From assembly GCA_964406775.1 (NCBI GenBank), contig CAYOSW010000005.1, forward strand, positions 1,362 through 65,361: DNA of 64,000 nt, given 5' to 3'. How positions within the stretch are numbered: the stretch's first letter is position 1; every line of letters starts with the position of its first letter. Positions 57,996 to 64,000 of this stretch are shown here, in pieces. Origin of the DNA: an uncultured Gammaproteobacteria bacterium (GTDB taxonomy: Bacteria; Patescibacteriota; Microgenomatia; Daviesbacterales; UBA10151). The translations under genes were made by a program, and so were the position numbers. Under the pieces are notes generated by a model. The model was not told the origin of the DNA. It did not search any database and saw nothing but the letters and a program-made list of their open reading frames with translations.

Positions 57996-60155
57996 TTAAT
58001 TCGAGTTTATCTCAAGAGTTATATTTTGGGGTAGTATTGGAAGTCTTAAAAACGGACTCGGCAAATGAGGTGTCACTTTTATATCCGCTCCTATTACGCT
58101 TTCATTTGACTTCAGAATTTCTTCGACTTTATCTGGTGTCTTAAATGTGATTTGAGATTTTAATTTATTAAGGTCAAGCTTAGGCATTAGCTTGGCCTTA
58201 AATTTAGCGGTAAATATTATTTTTCCGTCTTTTTCTACTTTAGAGACCGTCGCCTGAGTCTCGGTTCTTTGCAGATCTAAATCATAACCATCGGGAATAG
58301 TGGTCACAACAAGTTTTCCGACAATACTCTTCAGATCGGTGTCTGAATACGCTGTTCCTTTAAGATTCAAATTCAGAGTTAAAGAAAACTCGGATGCCTG
58401 GTCACCTGGATTTTTCGAGAATGATTGTTTTAAAACTTTTTCTATAAAAGTTTCTTCCAAAATCTTCATATCATCAGTAAGCTTTCCCTGCACTTCTTCC
58501 TGAGCTCTTTTTTTAAGATCTGAGGTTAAAGTTGCCAAAAGCTTCTTCTGATCTTCTGCAGTCACGACAGTTACATCTTTAGATATTCCTCCGGAAAAAG
58601 CCGTATCAACTTTCGCCGAATACTGGTCGGTTCCGAAACCTTTTATGGTCATCTCCTTTCCAGCAGCCAAATTCCCGTCAGGTCCTATGGTTGACGCAGT
58701 GGCACTCGCGGTTCCTTTACCGAAGGAGATCCCACCATCAACTGCGGATTGAGATGCGATATTAACACTAGTATCCAGAACAAAATTAAGATTACCGGGA
58801 CCGATAAGTACAGTCCCCTGAGAGAATGTCTTCGGTGATGCGGTTTTATTATAAATCACAACAGTTCCTTTGGCCGGATCACCGATTTGTTTTTTACCCG
58901 TAGCGGCGGCCTTACTGGTACCGTCTACTGTCGTTTCAACAACTCTGCCCGGGATTTGCTTATTAGCCTCATCCATTGCGGTAATTTTAGGATCAGCAAC
59001 TATCTGGGTCTCTTTTTCAAGGATTTTCGGATCAACAAACATTACTACTGTTGCTTTCGGCAGAAAAACATAGGCCCCGACCAGTACGATGAGAATTATA
59101 AGAGGCACTAAAAGAGTGAAACCGAACCCGCCTGCCAGCCTTAACGGATTAGGGAACCGGGAGAAAAAACCGCCGGTTGAAAACCCGTTTTTTATAGCTC
59201 CACCCATCTTTCTCGGCATATTCGTCTGATAGGCCTCAAGTTCAGTCCGGGCCGTCTGATCTTTTTGCATCTGCTCAATATCACCTTCAGCAAAAGCAGT
59301 CTCATATTTTTCCTCAACAGGAATATGCTTAACCGGCTGAGGCGTGTGTGGAACAGTCGGTGCAATTGGTACAGTCTGGTGATCAAGATGAATATGCGGA
59401 TTAATTTCGGATGCTCCGGCAAAACTCAAGCTTTTTATTTCAATATCTTTCTCGAGCTCCTCAACCTTAGGTAAATGAAGAAAAGGCAACTGTCCCATCC
59501 AATTAAAGGACACCATTTCCTCTCTATAGTGAGACAGCTCACCGCTACCAAAAATTAATATCTTCGCCGGCAATACTTCTATATCTCCGAAGGACAGGAG
59601 GGCTTTCTCTATATCTCTCGGAAGGTTATTCCCCCGGGGCTGGTCTTTTGTGCCTAAAATTTTCCCGGCCTTAACTACTGATATCGAAATCGGATCTCCG
59701 ACTTCGACGATTATCGCGGTCACCGGAACACCGTCCTGACGCTGAAGGTAGTGGCATACTGCGTGCATTGTCGCCACATAAGCCATCGGGACAACATCCA
59801 ACTCTTTGACAAGCTGTTTCAGGACTTTTGAATATTTAGGCTTTAGATCCTCATCCGCCAGCCAGGAATCCGGTACCCCGAAGAGTATCTTTTCAGGTTC
59901 AGGCTGAAAGTCTGCCAGGGCTTCATCAAGGGCTATATTGGCGGCTTCAATTAGGCTGTGGGGGCTTTCCGAAATATCTTCAGGCTCGTGAAATTTTCTT
60001 CTGGCTACGGAAACAATCTTCACTTTACCGCCTTGTATTCCCCAGACGCAACCTTCGGCAATTCCTGGTTTAATATTTAAGCCAAAGTAATATTCTTCCG
60101 GTACGCTTGATTTAGAAGCAGGCAAAAATTTAGACAGACTATCGAGTATAGACAT
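57996..60155 (-). CDS. CPR-type protein: FtsA/actin-like N-domain, TM helix, baseplate-J-like C-domain
   Basis: ILFGVPDSW, central TM, AKGTVVIYN, GPDGNL, FSGG. Confidence 0.7.
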   Translation of the reverse strand: MSILDSLSKFLPASKSSVPEEYYFGLNIKPGIAEGCVWGIQGGKVKIVSVARRKFHEPEDISESPHSLIEAANIALDEALADFQPEPEKILFGVPDSWLADEDLKPKYSKVLKQLVKELDVVPMAYVATMHAVCHYLQRQDGVPVTAIIVEVGDPISISVVKAGKILGTKDQPRGNNLPRDIEKALLSFGDIEVLPAKILIFGSGELSHYREEMVSFNWMGQLPFLHLPKVEELEKDIEIKSLSFAGASEINPHIHLDHQTVPIAPTVPHTPQPVKHIPVEEKYETAFAEGDIEQMQKDQTARTELEAYQTNMPRKMGGAIKNGFSTGGFFSRFPNPLRLAGGFGFTLLVPLIILIVLVGAYVFLPKATVVMFVDPKILEKETQIVADPKITAMDEANKQIPGRVVETTVDGTSKAAATGKKQIGDPAKGTVVIYNKTASPKTFSQGTVLIGPGNLNFVLDTSVNIASQSAVDGGISFGKGTASATASTIGPDGNLAAGKEMTIKGFGTDQYSAKVDTAFSGGISKDVTVVTAEDQKKLLATLTSDLKKRAQEEVQGKLTDDMKILEETFIEKVLKQSFSKNPGDQASEFSLTLNLNLKGTAYSDTDLKSIVGKLVVTTIPDGYDLDLQRTETQATVSKVEKDGKIIFTAKFKAKLMPKLDLNKLKSQITFKTPDKVEEILKSNESVIGADIKVTPHLPSPFLRLPILPQNITLEINSN

Positions 60156-60209
60156 GGGACAACTACAATCTTAACACACCATGCAAAGCTGAAAAAGCCT
60201 TTTTAAGAT

Positions 60210-62066
60210 TTAAGCCAGCTCTGCCCTGATTCTGCGGATACCCGCCGAAATAGCCTCCTCTTTCGTGATTTTCAGACCTTTAATGATTCCTGTCTTCTCA
60301 ACGTGTGGACCGCCGCAAAATTCCAGAGAATAATAACTCCCCCTTTCGCGCTTATCTTTACTTGTCGGTTCCACAGCATAGTCAGGACCGATACAGTAAA
60401 TAGAGACATTAGACTTATCGTATTTTTCATCAAATAGTCCTATGGCATTCATAGATTTCGCTTCCTCAAAGGTCATATATTTGCGCTCAACCTTTAAATC
60501 TTCCGCAATTTTTTCGTTTACCAGCTCCTCCACCTCCCTTAACTCCTCATCAGTCATTTTTCTGTCGAATGAGAAATCAAACCTCAATCTTTCCGTTGTA
60601 ATATTCGAGCCTTTCTGAAAGACCTCAGGTCCCAGAACGTCACGCAGGGCCTGATGTAGGAGGTGAGTCGCCGTGTGGTATTTTGTTTCTATTTCGGAAT
60701 GCCCGGCTAATCCTCCGGCAAATTTTCCCACGGAAGCAGTCCGTGAAAGATCCCTGTGTTTTTTAAATTCATCCTCAAAATCAGCCTTATTGAGGGTCTG
60801 TCCTTTTTGACGTACCAACTCAATCGTCAGCTCGAGAGGAAATCCAAAGGTTTGATATAAATCAAATGCGGCTTTCCCGTCAATATTTTTAAGTTTGCCT
60901 ACCTCTTTTAGTCCTTTATCAAGCGATTTTCCGAATTTTTCCATCTCTTCAACAATCACTCTGACAACCAGTTCCCTTTGGGACTTTTCATTAATGCCGA
61001 ATAAGCCGTCATAAATTAATAAAACAGCATCTGCGCAGGCCGCTTCAAAAGCATCAGTAGGAATTTCTCCTTTATTAACCTTCCCGCGCAATTCGTGCAT
61101 CTTCACCGCTACGCGTCTTATAAGGCGGCGCAATACATAACCCTGCATCTTATTGGAAGGGAGGACCCCGGAAACAATTAAAAATGTTGCCGCTTTCAAG
61201 TGATCCGCAATAATCCGGATATTCGGCTTTGATTCATTCTGTGAATAATTTTTGCCTGAGTATTTTTCAATAAGCTTAATTACTGGCAGATATAAATCGG
61301 TATTAAAAATATCGGGATCGTCATTTGCTGCAGCCGCAAGGCGTTCGAGCCCTCCACCGAAGTCCACATTTTTTTGAGACAATTCCTCAAATTCCCCATC
61401 TCCGGTTTTTTTATACTGAATAAAAACTGAATTAGCAATTTCAGAGAATCTTCCGCACTCACAGTTGGGATGACATTTTTCTCCAAAAGCTGGGTCGTGT
61501 TTGACGGATTCGAACTCATAAAAAACCTCAGAATCCGGACCCCCAATTTCACCCACAGGCATTTTATCGGGCGTTCCCGACTTTGACCACCAGTTTTTTG
61601 AAACCCCGTATTCAAAAATCCGCTCTTCCGGAATCCCCAAACTTTTCCAAATCTCCCGACTCTCCTCGTCCTTCGGAACGAACTCATTTCCTTCAAAAAC
61701 AGTCACATACATTCTCTCTTTAATTAGCCCGAGCTCTTCCGTTAAAAATTCCCATATCCAGGATAATTGTTCTTTTTTAAAGTAGTCGCCCAGTGACCAG
61801 TTTCCGAGCATTTCAAAAGCAGTGGTATGACGGTTATCACCGACTTCTTCAATATCCTCGGCGCGGAAAGATGGTTGCGAGTTTACCAGGCGCACACCCC
61901 CTGGATGCTTCTCCCCCAACAAAAACGGCACTAGAGGCTGCATTCCTGATGAAGTAAAAAGCGTCGTCGGGTCATTCTCCAAAACCAGTTTTGCCGGTTC
62001 AATTTCTTGATGTCCCCGTTTAACGAAAAATGAAATGTATTTTTGGCGGATATCCCTGCTTGTCAT
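60210..62066 (-). CDS. alaS: alanine--tRNA ligase (short form, no C-Ala domain)
   Basis: DPTTLFT, FEMLGNWS, VDFGGGLER, HTATHLLH, EFCGGPHV, GIRRI. Confidence 0.97.
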   Translation of the reverse strand: MTSRDIRQKYISFFVKRGHQEIEPAKLVLENDPTTLFTSSGMQPLVPFLLGEKHPGGVRLVNSQPSFRAEDIEEVGDNRHTTAFEMLGNWSLGDYFKKEQLSWIWEFLTEELGLIKERMYVTVFEGNEFVPKDEESREIWKSLGIPEERIFEYGVSKNWWSKSGTPDKMPVGEIGGPDSEVFYEFESVKHDPAFGEKCHPNCECGRFSEIANSVFIQYKKTGDGEFEELSQKNVDFGGGLERLAAAANDDPDIFNTDLYLPVIKLIEKYSGKNYSQNESKPNIRIIADHLKAATFLIVSGVLPSNKMQGYVLRRLIRRVAVKMHELRGKVNKGEIPTDAFEAACADAVLLIYDGLFGINEKSQRELVVRVIVEEMEKFGKSLDKGLKEVGKLKNIDGKAAFDLYQTFGFPLELTIELVRQKGQTLNKADFEDEFKKHRDLSRTASVGKFAGGLAGHSEIETKYHTATHLLHQALRDVLGPEVFQKGSNITTERLRFDFSFDRKMTDEELREVEELVNEKIAEDLKVERKYMTFEEAKSMNAIGLFDEKYDKSNVSIYCIGPDYAVEPTSKDKRERGSYYSLEFCGGPHVEKTGIIKGLKITKEEAISAGIRRIRAELA

Positions 62067-62142
62067 GGCTAGAATGATATCAAAGCGTGGCTCTTTTTAG
62101 AAGTTTGAGTTTACCAAGAAGTTCTTGCGATTCAAAAAAACC

Positions 62143-62412
62143 TTATTTTTTAGAAGACATAATCCCACTGATAATGTTCTTTATTGATCCTATTGAATTT
62201 TTCGCCATAAAGGCCACGATTGAAGCCATTACAACTTTTGAGGGAAGGTCGACCTTATCGGCTACGGCTTCAGTTTTATCCAGGATATCATTAGCTTTGG
62301 TAATTGCCCTTTTGATTGCCAAAAAGATCATTACCAGCGCAATTCCGATGATAAGGAAGATTACCGACCAAATTACAACTAATATAATTAAGGCTGCTTC
62401 AAGCGCGGTCAT
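62143..62412 (-). CDS. small membrane protein
   Basis: long hydrophobic N-terminus; TGTTATAAT-N6-ATG. Confidence 0.75.
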   Translation of the reverse strand: MTALEAALIILVVIWSVIFLIIGIALVMIFLAIKRAITKANDILDKTEAVADKVDLPSKVVMASIVAFMAKNSIGSIKNIISGIMSSKK

Positions 62413-62436
62413 AAGATGATTATAACATTGTACCGA

Positions 62437-63075
62437 TTATTTTTTGATATAAACAGTTCTGTCTATTTTGGTTGACTGTCCGAATTTTGAGGTCGCAACA
62501 ACGGAGATATTGTTTACGGAGGAAGAAAGCTTAACTTCTTCCTTAAAATTCCCCGCCGTATCTGTACCTATTTCCTGATCATTTACAAAAACTTTGGTTT
62601 CAGGATCAGTTGAACCCTCAATAAGGACAGACGTTGCTTCCACAGTTTGGCCTTGCGACGGGCTGGAAAGATCTAGTTTAGGAGAGCCAACGAACTGTCT
62701 ATATTCAAACCAAAGATAGGCAAAAAAAACCAATACTACCACAGCAATAACAACCCCCACTAACCGCGAAGGAGTTATCAGAATCCTTTTCCTGCTCATC
62801 GGTTTTGATAAGCTTTCCAAAATTACAGGAGGATGCTTTTTAGACTCAAAATCCCGTCTTAGAATCGCCATCAGTTTACCGGCTTCCAGCCCTAAAAACT
62901 TACCGTAATTTTTGACAAACCCCTGAATAAAAGTTAAGGGCGGCAGCTTAGCGTAATCATCTTCCTCAAGAGCTTTAAGCAACTCCTTCCTGATCTTGGT
63001 GTGTTTTTCCACCTCTTCCAGAGTATATAGCTTCGCTTCTCTTGTTTCTTTAAGTAGTTGACCGATTGTCCTCAT
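62437..63075 (-). CDS. RodZ-like HTH-TM-Ig domain protein
   Basis: IGQLLKETRE, TKIR..LLKALE, FIQGFVKNYG, TM, beta-rich C-term. Confidence 0.85.
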   Translation of the reverse strand: MRTIGQLLKETREAKLYTLEEVEKHTKIRKELLKALEEDDYAKLPPLTFIQGFVKNYGKFLGLEAGKLMAILRRDFESKKHPPVILESLSKPMSRKRILITPSRLVGVVIAVVVLVFFAYLWFEYRQFVGSPKLDLSSPSQGQTVEATSVLIEGSTDPETKVFVNDQEIGTDTAGNFKEEVKLSSSVNNISVVATSKFGQSTKIDRTVYIKK

Positions 63076-63138
63076 GATGCATTATTATACCCTTAAGCTT
63101 AGTTGCTTGCCAAAGGCTATCTGAATATAATATGGCCA

Positions 63139-63660
63139 ATGTCCGATACGAATCAAACTAACCCTCCCAAAGGGGATTTCGATAAAGCCGATAAGTATAT
63201 TAACCAGCTTGCAGAGCTGATAAATCAAAAAAGAATTGAGGTTTTTCATACCGACTTAAAAAAATTTGATCCTACAACACTCCAGGACCACTATACGATA
63301 AAACTCCAAGATTACCAGATAGAAATCAGTCATAGTAAACAGCCGAATACCGGTAAAGACTCATTTGTAATGATTTTTAACAACTTTAAAAACTTAAGCG
63401 ATGGTAATGGTGCGAAGGCAATTTTAGCTTATATATATCTTGCCGACTCCCATTTCTCCAAGTTTAAAATCGTTGCAGACAGGCAGATTGAAGACAGAAG
63501 AAGGGCAGAAGAAGAAAAAAGATTTAAAGAAGCTTTGGCCCCTATCGATAATTTACTAAGTCAGGCCCAGACACTGCCAGATTCCTCAGCGACTCAAAAA
63601 ACTGCCCCTGCCTCCCCCCAGCTTCTTTCCTTTGACAACCAATCCACACTGCTCGACTAA
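63139..63660 (+). CDS. hypothetical protein (ATG 63139 after TTGCTT-17-TATAAT)
   Basis: long ORF, no family recognised. Confidence 0.75.
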   Translation: MSDTNQTNPPKGDFDKADKYINQLAELINQKRIEVFHTDLKKFDPTTLQDHYTIKLQDYQIEISHSKQPNTGKDSFVMIFNNFKNLSDGNGAKAILAYIYLADSHFSKFKIVADRQIEDRRRAEEEKRFKEALAPIDNLLSQAQTLPDSSATQKTAPASPQLLSFDNQSTLLD

Positions 63661-63890
63661 GCAACCAGCTTGTGTTGAGCAAAACAGCTCTGGGGTGATA
63701 TACAAGTAAGCTCATTTGAAGGGATGCTCGGTTTTGTGACAATTTCCAGTAGGTTGATTTTATTCCAGGTACTCATTTCAATAGCAGCCTTTAGGAGTTC
63801 ATCGCGGGTTGAGAATAAATGCTTACGTTCGGTACCCGGGCTCTGAGCAGTTGACCCTCTTGTTTCTGCGGATTTTTCAACTAAAGACAT
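63657..63890 (-). CDS. hypothetical protein
   Basis: 77 aa ORF with AAGGAGG SD. Confidence 0.5.
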   Translation of the reverse strand: MSLVEKSAETRGSTAQSPGTERKHLFSTRDELLKAAIEMSTWNKINLLEIVTKPSIPSNELTCISPQSCFAQHKLVA

Positions 63891-64000
63891 TGATCCTCCT
63901 TATTTGTACAATAAGTCTAACATTATTACTTCAAAAAATAAAGTACCTTTATATATTGAATTATATCGTATTTTTAACGGCAACGAATTTAGGGTGGACA

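Noticed and set aside
1-64000. CRISPR array, rRNA, prophage, introns/inteins, or UGA recoding
   Set aside because: No repeat-spacer array or rRNA noticed; core proteins are uninterrupted; TGA is a normal stop (infA, rpsJ).

Overview
Chromosomal core region of a CPR/Patescibacteria genome (probably Microgenomates, inferred from missing rpmD/L30, short AlaRS and CPR-typical VirB4-like and baseplate-J-like genes), standard code 11. Positions 1-29.5 kb (minus strand) carry rpoB-rpoC, a fragmented str operon (rpsL-rpsG / fusA / tuf-rpsJ) and the S10-spc-alpha ribosomal protein cluster. Positions 29.5-64 kb hold mixed housekeeping and accessory genes (tgt, pgm, cmk, NAD kinase, mltG, ruvX, Xer-like recombinase, sodN/sodX, trxB, glpX, class I aldolase, msrA, alaS) and two tRNAs. 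The most striking unexplained signal is that four conserved genes (rpsN, rpsG, rpmJ at their 3' ends; cmk at its 5' end) sit beside a second, synonymously recoded copy of their own terminus. In rpsN and rpsG the two copies bracket the same small AAGG..CCTT(T)GCGAGA-hairpin-AAGG palindromic scar, suggesting a gene-end-replacing micro-element. Also seen: a GIY-YIG nuclease between REP-like inverted repeats, a tRNA-Ile(UAU), an atypical initiator tRNA with stacked att-like repeats, pervasive apparent leaderless genes, leader terminators on tuf/rplC/rpoB/greA, and an N-domain-only Gre factor. All calls are by eye; no searches were run.
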